Assembly (NCBI GenBank): GCA_020536535.1
Contig: JAHLWZ010000531.1
Coordinates: forward strand, 1 to 43,575
Direction: 5' to 3'
Origin: Pelomyxa schiedti
Taxonomy: Eukaryota > Protista > Evosea
Length of the DNA stretch: 43,575 bases
The translations under genes and the position numbers were made by a program. The notes under the pieces were generated by a model. That model saw only the letters and a program-made list of their open reading frames with translations, was not told the origin of the DNA and did no database searches. This document shows positions 9,906 through 21,759 of this stretch, in pieces (within the stretch, counting starts at the first letter, position 1; the number at the start of each line of letters is the position of its first letter).

Positions 9906-11213
9906 ATGACAAGCAACCCAACCGATGACGACTACGTTGTGAGCTCGATGTTGCACGCCCGGGACCAAATCGGTGCGCTGGTGCACGTGCCCTCGTTCGG
10001 ACACGCCGTCGGCCGCGCGGTGTGGGACCTCGTCAGGGACACCGCCACAACGTTCGTGCTGCGGGTCACGGGGAACACATCTACGACGAGCGACGACGAG
10101 ACCGAGGAGGAGGAGGAGGAGGGGAGCTACACCTCCGTGCGCAGCATGTTCACCCGCGGCTGCGTGAGGCTCTCACGGCTGCTGGGGAGCGTGGTGGGCG
10201 AGCTCGAGCCAAGGTGGCGAGATAGGGACCGGTGCCTCTCGTGGGTGAGCGACAGGGTGTTTGTTGGGAGAGCATGGGGGAAGCGAGGGGAGGGATTTCG
10301 GTGGTACCTGCGAGACGCGTGCAAAATGTATTATGATGGGACGGGGTTCTGGGCGATCGGTGATGATCCTGCTGGGATCGCGACCCAGTTCCATGCTGCC
10401 AATGGAAAGTGGTTTGTGAGGTGTGGCGACCGCCCGACGTCGGACCGAAGTGGCCGAGAGTGGGTGATGCTCACACAGCGCTTGAATGTGTGGAATGAGT
10501 TGGAGACTGGAAGGTGTGAGTTTGGCGGTGGGAGTGTGACCACAGTGGTGATTCCTGAATCTGTTGCCAGGAGGGTGAGTGGTGAGTTGCGGTTTGTGCC
10601 CTCAAGGCCAGATGAAATGCTGTTTGCAGTGATCAGCCCAAAGGAGTCCGCAGCATCGTTCCTTGTTGTTGATGTGGAGAGCACCCACACCAGTGGAACT
10701 CTGAGAATCATCAGCACTACACATTCCCTTGTTGACCTCAAGAATGTAACCAACGTGTTTCCACTGAGGAGGAATGACGGGGCCCTCTCTTTCATCACTG
10801 ATGAAGTGGGGGTGGGTTCCTTTCAGGTGGAACAATCCACAGGTGTTGTAGTGCAGCTTCAAAAGCGCCGCGACTACCCTTTGAGTTCCTCTGAGTTTTT
10901 CAGTGATGAAATTGCTCAAGTGAATGGTTCTTTGAATGTGCCAATCTGGAACTGCAACGACAGAAGCCAAACACCATCAAGATTTGTCAAGTTGCCCACC
11001 ACCGCAACAGCAGTAACTGCTCCCAACACTCTTGATGCGAGCCACGAAGTCACAGGGTCACAAGGATTCCTGTTTCATGTGGACCGTGCTCAATTCCGCA
11101 TAACCGTGATTGACGCCTCCACCACATCCACGTGCACCGCCCGCCCCCCGCCACTCGTTCTTTCATTTCCCTTGTGGGATGACCTCACCCTCTCAATTGA
11201 CTTCTCGTCATGA
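9906..11213 (+). CDS. Orphan ARDQ-superfamily protein, subtype B (B3), close paralog of B1
   Basis: Long identical stretches with 3979-5307; ATG 9906. Confidence 0.85.
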   Translation: MTSNPTDDDYVVSSMLHARDQIGALVHVPSFGHAVGRAVWDLVRDTATTFVLRVTGNTSTTSDDETEEEEEEGSYTSVRSMFTRGCVRLSRLLGSVVGELEPRWRDRDRCLSWVSDRVFVGRAWGKRGEGFRWYLRDACKMYYDGTGFWAIGDDPAGIATQFHAANGKWFVRCGDRPTSDRSGREWVMLTQRLNVWNELETGRCEFGGGSVTTVVIPESVARRVSGELRFVPSRPDEMLFAVISPKESAASFLVVDVESTHTSGTLRIISTTHSLVDLKNVTNVFPLRRNDGALSFITDEVGVGSFQVEQSTGVVVQLQKRRDYPLSSSEFFSDEIAQVNGSLNVPIWNCNDRSQTPSRFVKLPTTATAVTAPNTLDASHEVTGSQGFLFHVDRAQFRITVIDASTTSTCTARPPPLVLSFPLWDDLTLSIDFSS

Positions 11214-11301
11214 TCATTATCACCGAGCCATTTCTCACCCTTTTTTTTCTTCATGTGGCGGCAAAAATGACCACGTGCTTGACTTTTCGTCATGATCATT
11301 A

Positions 11302-12594
11302 TTAATTGGTGCTGGAGAGAGGGAAAGAGAAGTGGTGTGCAACATCCACCAAGGGTCTGAACAAATTGAAGGTGATGACGTGGGAACCAGAGGATTCCTC
11401 TGTCACGTGCATCTCTTTTCTGGATGCACTCAGCTGGAACAAAAGGCCACCCTCAAAGAAAGCATGGTCATCCAAGGTGGAACCACCCATGGGTATTTTC
11501 TGTGTCTTGAATGGCTTGGTTGTGTCACTCACATCCCACACTTCATACCAGTCACTGCAGGTGTCAAAAGTGCAGAACTGTGACTGGTTCAGAGGTAACA
11601 CACGCAAGTACTGGAACGTTGGATGTGACTTTCCAGTTGCCCCCTCAATTGTTATGTAGCCACTCGAAGGGGTAAAAAAAACATCATCATCAGAGTCTTG
11701 CCCATTCCCACCATTCCCCACAACAAAATAGTAAGCACCACTCTGTGTGTGGAAAGCAAGGCAACAACATACAAAATCGTGAAAATTGAGGAGGCAGATC
11801 ACCAACTCTGATAACAGTTGAACTCAGCACAGCCAGTTTGCCTGATGCACAGGTTTGCATCAAGTCAACCAGTACAATCCCACAAAAAGTGATGTCATGA
11901 ACTCGATAGCAGTGAATTAACACGCAGTCTTCGTTGATATCTGTAAACTGTAGTACATGAGAATTCCACCCACCCCCAATTTGCACCACAACGGGCTTCT
12001 TGATCGCGGTTGTTTCACCCGCCGTTGAGTTCTTTCTTGGAATCTCAACAACAGCCATCCTCTGGTTGGTAGTATCACACAGCAACAACCACTTCCCATT
12101 CGATTTCGTATGGTCCCACTCTTCATCGAGGAGTGATATCTGACCTGTGGCCCGGTCCTGCAGGCATAACACCCATCCCATGTGCAGCACAATGTAGCCC
12201 CGATTGGCACCATACACGCAATCATTTTTCCCGCTCCACCCACCACCTCATGTCGTGCGTCAGCGACAGAAGCACCAACGAAACACCAAACGCGATCATC
12301 ACGTCGCCCCATTTATCATTCTCCCACCTCACGCAGTAGAACCTCGTGGTTTCGTCCGACATGAGCCACCACAACCCGAACAGCCAGCGCACCGTCGCCG
12401 GTGCATCCCATGATCGACATCAGCCGCAGCGGGCACCGCGCCCCGCACCGGGGGTGAGCACCGGCAGCAAGCGCTCCAACTTGGTCCCTCGCCGTCGCTC
12501 GCGTCGGCGCCCCCGCCACCGTGACCGCCTTTCCGGATGCGGCAGCGTCGTTGTGGTGTTGTTCCATTTTGGAAGGCTGTTGTTGTCCGTCCAT
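11302..12594 (-). pseudogene. Frameshifted subtype A copy (A3), close paralog of A2
   Basis: Relative to A2: about 5-nt deletion near 12370, +1 in a T run near 12228, about 5-nt deletion near 11770; homology switches frame at each. Confidence 0.75.
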
Positions 12595-12866
12595 TCTGTA
12601 GGGATTAACAGAAAAAAATTGATAGTGTGTTGACTTTAAAAAAGGGGCCACATCTGAGTCAGACAAACAACCACTAAGTAGTAGGTACTCAGTGAGTACA
12701 TCAGACTCAGATCTGAGGCGACAGTCGGATGAAGGAGAGTAATGCATGGACTTTCGGGCTGACTAGCATCCACCTGACACGGAACCCCTCTCTCCAAACC
12801 GTATTGTGGGGTGGATTCCATGCTTTGTTTTCTTTTGTTTTGGCTACATTCTCTCCCTATCTATAT

Positions 12867-15676
12867 TCACCATGTTGGGCCACCAGTTGTGCTGGACGAC
12901 AGTGGCGGGTGTTGTTGTTGTGGGGGTGGTGGGTAGCCTGTGTATGGGCCCTGCGGTGGGGGTGGTGGATAGCCGCCATAGGGTGGGTATCCCTGTGGTT
13001 GTGGGGGTGGTGGATATGCTCCGGGAGGTGGGTAGCCGCCATAGGGTGGGTAGCCGGGTGGGGGGTACACACCCTGCGGGGGTGGTGGTGGCTGCCCGGG
13101 CTGGTTCGGAGGTGGTTGGCCTGTTTGTTTGGGTCAGAATAAGGTGTGGGAATGGTAATGGAGGATTGATTTACCTGGTTGCCCTGGGTATGGTGGGTAG
13201 GGTGGGTATGCTCCGGGAGGTGGTGGGTAGCCAGGGAACGCCGGTGTGTTGTATGGTGGATAGCCGGGCGGGGGTGCTCCGTTTCCTGGAGGGCGGAATG
13301 TCCCCGAGTTGGAAAGGTAACCGCCGGGCCCTGGCGGTGGAGGATACCCACCTGTTCCTGGAGGACCGGGAGGGCCTGGGGGGTAGCCGCCTGGTCCTGG
13401 CGGTGGAGGATACCCACCTGGACCGGGAGGGCCTGGAGGGTATCCTCCAGGGCCAGGGGGTGGATAGCCCGTGTAAGTCGGGGGATACGAACCAAATGAT
13501 GGTGGCTATTAATTGTCAAAAACGAAACGAGGTCGAGGGGTATTACCGATGACAGGCCCCCAGGATACACTGGCTCAAACTTTGAAATGACCAAGAAACC
13601 AGAATTGTGGTAGCCAGGAAGGTGCGCGCGAGTGGGGTCCCGAATTCTACGTATCATCAGATATAAATGAAGATCGGCTGTTACCTCCACTGAGGTTCGT
13701 TTCTCCAGAAAGAAAGTTCTCTGAGTGAAACAATGCATTCGCCAATTAAGTCATGACGTCCATTCCCATCCCAATCCCAAAATTGCCTTTTGATAATTAA
13801 GTAACAGTACCCTGTATAAAGTAATACCATGTCAAAGGCGTGTCAATAGTTCCTACTTGCCCCATGTTCAGTCTGAACAGATAAGAAGTGACTTATGGGG
13901 AATAGTGGAAAACCTGAACTCTCGAAAGGTGGGGTTTGGGTTGTTCATATACTCCTCTGAGGCATAAAGCTTGGAGCTCGTATTTCCTTTATATACAACC
14001 AGAAATGGATCAGATTTGCTAAAAACATCACGGCTGGCAAGCTGGGCAGTGGTTGGTCATCAAGGTAGTCTCGTAAGTGGAAAAACCCACCTTGGCCCCA
14101 CCTGCTTGCACAATAAACTCCACGGCAAGTGATATATCCACTGGGACAGTAGTTGACGGCTTTGCCTCAGTGATACATAGTATTCCGGAGTTCCGGTACC
14201 CAGGTCTGGGTTTGTTTTAAATGTTTGTTTATGGTATGAAAAAGAAAAACCTAGAAATAGAGGAGTCTATCAGGGGGAACCGCGATCCTGGGATGAGAAG
14301 TTCTCTCAGTGCCACTGTTGTTGAGCCAATCATATCCTAGGTTCCGTATGAGAGACAAAAAAATGAAAAACAAACGTACATGTGCTCCTGAAGAATCCCA
14401 GTCAATTACACTGATGATGAGCTGCCCATCCACACCACCACACTGTCGAGGATCAAATTCCAAAGGATCCCAACGAGGACTGCAAATTGAGTTGGTACAG
14501 GGCAATGGGTTATTGCGTACTTGAGATTTCTCATGACATGCTTACTTCGGTACAGTAAAACCTTCGCCCCTGTTCCGATTGTCCCAGCTGAACAAGCATA
14601 TTAGATTCCAGTAGGTACTTAACAGGAAAACCTTTATGTATCTCGAAGAACGGATCTGATATGAACAAAATTAGCAAGTCTCGAGAAGAAAAGACAAACC
14701 TGATGAGCCTGATATATCTTTTATGGACAACCCCTGAGCCTCAAATACAAAAGTGAATGCCTTCGAGTCTGCCAGGGCAACATTTATAGGCTCTGCACCA
14801 GTCAAAATCAGTCGTCCACTGTGCGTGTAAAAGGCACGGCCTCGCTTTGCATAGTTGATGACTTGACGCGGCGTGTTAAGGTTGGTGGTCATCTCACGCA
14901 GAGTCACGCGAACTATCCCAATTGATTCGTTGACACCATCACTGAAAAAGCACAAGTTCAATAAAAAACGAACCAACCTTGCAAGTGCGATTCTTACCTA
15001 TCCCAGTCCATAACTTCGAAAGTGACAGGGGAATCCATTCCTCCGCACTGGAGCACGTCAAGCTCAAATGGTGGCCTACTCCAGAGTGAGCTCTGTAACT
15101 GGAGATTGGATGAGTACCAACTAGGATTAAGGTTCCGCATAATAACAGAAGACTTTCCACAAATACGACCGCTGCTATTCTTGACAATAACGAACGGATC
15201 AGAAGTTGCACCAAACATCTTAATCCTAGTCCCATCCTAGTGAAGACATCCCATAAGTACTAAGAGTGCATACTAGTCCCACGCCACGCCACGCCACACC
15301 AACAACCAAAGTCAAGCAGCACAAACCTTGGCCTCCAAGTCCTCGGCCCTGAATGTTAGCTTGAATGCCCTCGGCCCTGGCGGTCCTTGTGGCTGTGTCC
15401 CGTATCCGCCTCCCATAAGTGTAGACGAGGTCCCAAACGTGCCTGGTTGTGGCACCGTACCTATATTATGTTATTTTCACAATTCCGTGTTTTAGAATGC
15501 GCCGTATATATGTGACACATCTTATTTCTTTTAACATATTATCCCCGCCGCATGCAAAAATGCCGTGGATGGTGTGTTTATGGCTGTAGGCGCCGACAAA
15601 ATGCCATAATTGGTAAACCCCACCGGGATCTGGTGGTATGCACACCTGGTTGCGGAATGGCACGGAGCACACTCAT
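12867..15676 (-). CDS. Multi-exon protein with three copine-type C2 domains and a Pro/Gly/Tyr-rich C-terminal tail
   Basis: Exons give TSDPFVIVK...NLNPSW...EVMDWDR; FVFEAQGLSIKDISGSS...SVIDWDSSG; LASRDVFSKSDPFLVVYK...NNPNPTF...WDWDGNGRHDLIGE; then GYPP repeats to stop 12867. Start codon (15676) tentative. Confidence 0.8.
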
Positions 15677-16020
15677 TGCTTACTTATTTATCGACTGTTG
15701 TCACTCACTACACTTTTTGGCACCTCTAACTACCCGCCTCTCCTTGTCTCGTTTATTTTTTCCTTTAATTTTCGTTTTTCATCTCTAACGTTTTTTTGAT
15801 GAAAGTACTTCCCTGATCTGGGGAGCCAGAGAAGAGGCTTAGCTAGTTGTAGCGGCAAGTGTACATCATCTTTTGAATTTAACACACTCAAATTTGTTGT
15901 AGGTTGTAAGTGGCAGCTGGCAGCATTACAGTGCTGTGCATTGCATCAATAACTTCATCATGTGAGTGATCATGTCACCGTTCCTTGGTGTATATACATG
16001 TCAAAGTATGGGTGCCGTGG

Positions 16021-17172
16021 TCACCAGCAACACCTGTCATCGTCTTCAATTAGCGGTTCGCCAGTGTCGCCGTATATTACGGAGCCTGGCGGTGTAACTG
16101 GCGCGAGAAGTGCGGGTTTGGTTATGTGTGTGTTGCTGTGATTGTGATTGTGGTTGTGGTTTGTGGTGGCGGGGGTGGTGGTGGCTGGTATTCTGAATGT
16201 TACAGAGGCTGGGGGTGAAGTGCAGGGAGGGGTGTGTAACTGTTCAAGTTGGCCGGAGTCTATGATAGCTAACAGCAGTGTCATAAAAACCGCTTCTACA
16301 TTGTGCGCAGTTTTAGCTGACGTCTGTTAATTTGTTATCGATCAGAAGAACCACGTGAAGGGTGAAACCTCAAAGAATGGGAGCTGGAATAGTTCGGCAA
16401 GTTCTTCTCCGGATTGAGTTTGCACAGCTCTTCTGTCAACCAAATCAGACTTGTTGCCAACCAGCACGATGCTAACGTTTGTGCCAACATTCTGAGTTAT
16501 CTCATGGACCCATTGTTTAACACCTGAAAGCTATTGTAAGATTGTCTCCCTGTAATAGTGGGTGTTTGGGCTTACTGTAAAAAGAATTTTCGTCTTCAAT
16601 ACTATAAACAAGTACAATTCCCATACAATCCCGATAGCTTTGTTGTTTTTATGAGGTTGGTTGAAATGTAGGTTAATGCATACAGAGATGATGTGATGGT
16701 ACGAAATCTAAAAGGATTAGACAATGAAAGAAATAGGTAAGAAGGCTACCTTTCATGACCAGCTGTATCCTGGGAAATAAATGTTAGTTCACAGGCTGGG
16801 TATGTGAGCAGTAATACCCAAATTTGCATCATGTAGTTTTTCTCACCCATTGGAACAGTTTTTGTTTTGAAGTCCACGCTGGAAGGGAGTTACACGAGAG
16901 AGGACTTAATACCACAAACCCTATTGTCGCGATGTATGATATATCGAATCTATTTTCACAATACCGCATAAGCAGTGTTGTTTTTCCTACAGCTTTACTA
17001 CTATGTAAAAAGAAGGAATACAACGGAGATCTCACGCACCACTGTCCCCGATAATAAGTACTTTTACTGGCTCGCTAGATTTGGAGTGTGGACGTTTCAT
17101 AGGTGTTGGCACAGTCACCGTATCGGCTCCTCTGTCGTTGTTGAGATCTCTGCTGCGCGGCGGAGATGTCAT
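16021..17172 (-). CDS. Rab1/Rab8-like small GTPase, multi-exon
   Basis: KVLIIGDS.VGKT, YIATIGVDFK, IW-DTAGHER-FRTIT, LVGNKSDL, SAK and C-terminal CCW* all recovered across GT-AG introns. Confidence 0.92.
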
Positions 17173-17512
17173 ACGTATTGTCTTTTTTTTCTGTTTGTGG
17201 ATCTTAGGAACGCGACGCGGATCGGCCACGTTTCTACGGGGCTTGATATCCACAGTTCGTTGAAAATTTGAAAAAAGGAATGATCAACTTTCCTGATCAA
17301 CTGCCTTGTGGTTTCTTGTTCCATTAACTTCACAACTGACTCAGAAAAGTACTCTAGAACTGTTGTCTCAGTGCTTTTGCTCTGAATAGAGAGGGTTTTT
17401 CCATCAGGCTTCAACCTAAAGAAAGGGCACAAAGAAACAAAAAAAATCCCAACCAACAACAAGACCGCGTGTGTACGTTAATCCGCAAAGCAGCAAGATC
17501 TCCTGTTCAAAA

Positions 17513-19670
17513 ATGATGTCCGATGATGACATGGATGGGTTCGGCGACGAGGGTGACGAGTTTGAGGACACAAAGGGCGGTGACGACGAAGACGCAGTAG
17601 ATGACGACGAGCCTACCGCCGACAATGAGTACTACAACGGAAAGAGTGCGTACCGTCCTGCCCCGTTTTTTTTATTACTATTTTTTTTCCCCCCATCCTT
17701 AATCAAAACTGTAAATTAAACCCAATGAATGCGTCGAAGCTGAAGGTGTCATTTAGATTTGATGGAAGAAGACGTTGCGGAGGCTCTGAAAGCGTTCAGG
17801 CGCGCTGTGGATCTTGAAAAGCCCAAGGGTGATTTGTAAGTATNNNNNNNNNNNNNNNNNNNNNNNNNNNNNNNNNNNNNNNNNNNNNNNNNNNNNNNNN
17901 NNNNNNNNNNNNNNNNNNNNNNNNNNNNNNNNNNNNNNNNNNNCAATGAATGCGTCGAAGCTGAAGGTGTCATTTAGATTTGATGGAAGAAGACGTTGCG
18001 GAGGCTCTGAAAGCGTTCAGGCGCGCTGTGGATCTTGAAAAGCCCAAGGGTGATTTGTAAGTATTTCCTTACAGGAAATAATGCCGAACGAGCTAATCCT
18101 TCGTCAGTGGTTTCAAAGCGCTGAAAAAAATTGTGAAGATCAAACTGGCAAACAAAGATTGGAATAGCTCCCTGACTCATTTCAAGGAACTGTTGACCTA
18201 TATCAAGGTGGAATTATTTCATCACAATTCAATTGTGACCTTTTCCTCTTGCTTTATAGTCCGCTGTTGCTGCCAATACAAGTGAGAAGGGCCTTAACAC
18301 ACTACTCGAACTTGTAGCAGCGACCAACAATGTTTCCCTGACCCAACAAATGTACGAGACAGCAACCAAAGCCTTGCTGGAGGCAAACAATCAAGTATTT
18401 ACTTATACTTTCTTCAATTTTGCTCACTTTAGGCAGCGACTGTGGTTCCGTGTAAACTCCAAACTGGCACAAGTATTGCTAGATTCATGTGAATACGGCA
18501 AACTAAAAGATGTATGTTCTTTTCTGTAAAAAAGATCATGTTCATAATATGCATTCAGGTTGTCGCAGAGCTACACAAGTGGTGCACTGTGGGTGGAGCA
18601 GGGGTTGTGGATGACCCTAAAAAAGCTAGCAACCTGATTGAAATTTATGCTTTGGAAATCCAGCTCCAAACAGCTCTCGAGGACACCGACAAACTCAAGG
18701 TGTGTTATCAACATTGTCTTGCAATGTATCGTTTGACGTTCTTCCAGGAGTTATCTCGAAAAGCGGCTCCTTTTACTGGGTCCATTCCCCACCCTCGAGT
18801 ACTGGGTGTTATTCGCCAGGCGAGTGGTATTGCTGCTATGAGTGACGGTGACTGGGCCAAGGCCAACCAAGACTTCTTTGATGCCTTCAAGAACTTCGAC
18901 GAAGCTGGTGACGGGAGGAGGCTTTCTTGCTTGAAGTGAGTCTCATTTTCCATCATACTCACACTTACATTCCTTCTTCCAGGTACTTGGTATTTGCCAG
19001 AATGATTGAACTTTCCGAGATTAATCCCTTCAGCAGCCCCGAGACCATCCCGTACTTCTACTCCTCACCTAGCGTTTTGTCTCCAACTCTTAAACACAAA
19101 GGTACAAGAAACATGAGCAAATCACCATTATGGTTAAATTATGGGAAGCCTATGAGAAACTAGACATCAAAAAATTTGAGGAGATCATCAATGTATGTAC
19201 TCGTACAAGTTGGAATATTACTAAAGACACTCCACAGACCAGTGGGCCCCAAGTTAAGAGCGACCATTACCTTTGTCCATTTATCCCCCAACTTCTGACC
19301 AATGTGCGAAAGCATGCCATGCTGTCCATTATCAAACCGTACCGCCGAGTCAAATTGGATTTCGTGTCTTCTGTGTGCTTTCATCTTCCTTTTCCATCAC
19401 ATCTCTAACCTGAATTCAGGCCATTGGTATCAATCCAGGAGAGTGTGAGCGGTTGCTTGTATCTCTTATCCTCGACAACAAAATCAGAGGCAAAATCGAC
19501 CAAATGAACAAACTTATTCTTGTTGACGCTCAGCAGTAAACCCACAACATTACAAATTGTTCCGCTTACAGCCCACTAGGTCTGTTGCTTTCTCCAAGTA
19601 CATAGCACTCACCAAGTGGTCCCGGCAACTCAAAAGTGTTGTATCTTCCTTCAACAGCAAAATAGCTTGA
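17513..19670 (+). CDS. CSN2: COP9 signalosome subunit 2, multi-exon
   Basis: Acidic N-terminus then DNEYYNGK, GFKALKKIVK, RLWFRVNSKL, LIEIYALEIQ, FFDAFKNFDEAG, INPF, LILDNKIRGKIDQ, KYIALTKW: characteristic CSN2 blocks. Confidence 0.92.
17844..17943. other. Assembly gap with 121-bp duplicated flanks
   Basis: 17723-17843 equals 17944-18064. Confidence 0.95.
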
Positions 19671-19812
19671 GCCCAATAATTTTTATGTCTCTAAGTAACA
19701 AAAAGGTTTTTGTTTTTTTTTTCCCTCACTTATTTCCTTTACTGCCACAGAGTAGTATGTCCAACTTATACAAACAACCAACACAAAACAAAGGATTCCA
19801 GCCCAGCACACC

Positions 19813-21511
19813 TCACACATTCCACAGCTGCTGGAAGTCATAAGAATCCACACCCATATCAGTGGGTGCACTTGTGTTTGTGTTGTGTTGTGATAGAGAT
19901 GCCGGTGTTGTGATGTTATTCCTTGTTGTTGCCGCTGGTGATACTGTTGTTTGCTGTTGTGGAAGTACTGAGGTTTTTGTGTCTGTTTGTTGGTTCTGCT
20001 GTGGTTGTGATTGTGATTGTGATTGTGTTTGTTCCGACGAAGGAATAGAGGCCAGTTGTTGAAGTTCAGAGTGCTGTTTCCGGATAATATGTTAGAAGTT
20101 ATTTGATATATGTAGTAAGTAGTAGTAGATACTAACCAGATTAAGGGCACAATTGCGGACTTGTTGCAAAGCAGAGTCAATGTTGGAAACTTCGTTAATT
20201 ACCTCACCCCAGGTCATCCTTGGGAGCAGTGTCTGATAAAATCAGGAAGAAAACACAAAGTTTGGGATACACTTACGGGAGGGCTGAATTCCAACTTCCT
20301 ATTGCACGCGGCTGTGCTTGTTGAAATGTTGGAAGCAGAAGTAGGAAATCCGGGTGGACTTGTACTCTCATCAGTGGATGGTGATGTGTTTGATGAAGTT
20401 AGAGTGTTAAATTGGCGGGTTGTATTTTGTGGTTGTTGAAGCGGAAATTGTTGTTGAAGTTGGGGTTGAGGAGGAGGTTTTTGTTGAGGTTGTGGTTGTT
20501 GGTACTGTTGAGCTGCCGTTTGGGCAATTGGAATTTGTTGTTGTGGTGTTGTTTGGGATTCGTTATGCGGAACCAGCGGTTGCAGTTGTTGCAGTTGCTG
20601 CAATTGCCTGTTTTGTACATGTTGCTGTTGCTGGAGGAGGAGAAGGATCTGCTGCGGAGTGAAATTCTGAAGGAACTGCTGGATTATGGGACTGCGGACG
20701 AGGCCCGGCGGAATTTGGTTAACCGGGGAAACTGGATTTGGTGAAAGAGGGAGCGGGGTGGCTGGTCCCGGGAGGAAACCTGGAATATTACCGGTAAGAA
20801 TCGGCGGTACCGCGGCGGGATTAGGGGAGACGGGAAGTTGGTGCGGTAGAGTGGGTGGCGCGGCGCCATTGTGGGATGGACCAGTCGGCCGTAGTATCTC
20901 TGTTACTTTCGCTCGGATTCCCTCTAACGTTGACAGACACTTTTAAAAGGGGAAGGAAGCTTCAAAGTTAGCAATATGGATTTGCGCACGAAACTTACAA
21001 TAATGTCGGAATCAGGAGGAGACACGCCAAGCTGAACCAGCATTTGGTAATCTTTAGGGTGCGTAGCTCTTGTGATTGTGAGCATTTCAGGGAATATAGT
21101 CTGTGTGTTTAGTGCGCCCAGAGAGATATTGTTTGGGAGCCCCATAAAATCGTACAGCAGAGCTTGAGTGTAGTAGAGCCTGAGAATTGTGTATTGGGTC
21201 ATTTTAGTTATGAGTTTGGAGGTTCTCATAATATAGTAGTCGGAATCGTACTTGTCGTAATTTAGACATCTGACTCTAGTGTATAGCCTGTTTGCTTGGT
21301 GCATGGGGAACTCCGTTTTGGGTAGTACTTCCCACTGCCTCCCATCATTGTCACAATACACGGTATTAATATGACTTCCTACCTCTGTTTGTTAGTTGTT
21401 GCTGTCCAATATCGTTCTTGTGGGTTTACTGCTACACAAAAAGCGATTTTGAAACATGTGTCAACAGCGCCCTCACGTAGTGTGCTCCAGAAATAGTGCG
21501 CAAACAGACAT
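19813..21511 (-). CDS. Hypothetical multi-exon protein with Pro/Gln-rich middle and tail
   Basis: Ordered ORF 20924-21361, long Q/P-rich frame 20900-20250, further exons ending ...DFQQLWNV* at 19813; 5' end uncertain. Confidence 0.6.
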
Positions 21512-21759
21512 TTTGGTTGTGTAGGCTTTTAATTAATCAAACAATTTTTGCAATACGTTGTTGTGGCTGCCACATAGTGTGTCTTGACCCTCCTCGTCTG
21601 GTTGTTGGGTTTTTTACAGGAAAGTGGTGTTAAACCAACAACACCCCGAAAACGGCGTGGGGTGTTGGTTTTGATTTTTCCAGTTTTCATTCTGTTTTTC
21701 TAATATTCTGTGATGTGTGTGATCAAAAAGAGCCAAATAAGTGCGTGTGGGTTGGGTTT

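Noticed and set aside
11302-12594. Programmed frameshifting or RNA editing restoring A3
   Set aside because: Three unrelated indels, no slippery-site plus structure pattern; decay or sequencing error is simpler.
15278-15298. (CCACG)n and (GATTGT)n short repeats (also near 16140 and 20010)
   Set aside because: Ordinary microsatellites, intronic or encoding HN/QS runs; no spacers, so not CRISPR-like.
17723-18064. Apparent exon duplication in CSN2 (likewise 24018-24359 and 42823-43164)
   Set aside because: Each is an exact-length 121-bp overlap across a 100-N gap, typical of k-mer overlap in scaffolding.
17513-19670. Functional clustering of CSN2 (cullin regulator) with putative F-box-like genes
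   Set aside because: The family is scattered throughout the window, so proximity is expected by chance, and the F-box call is itself unverified.
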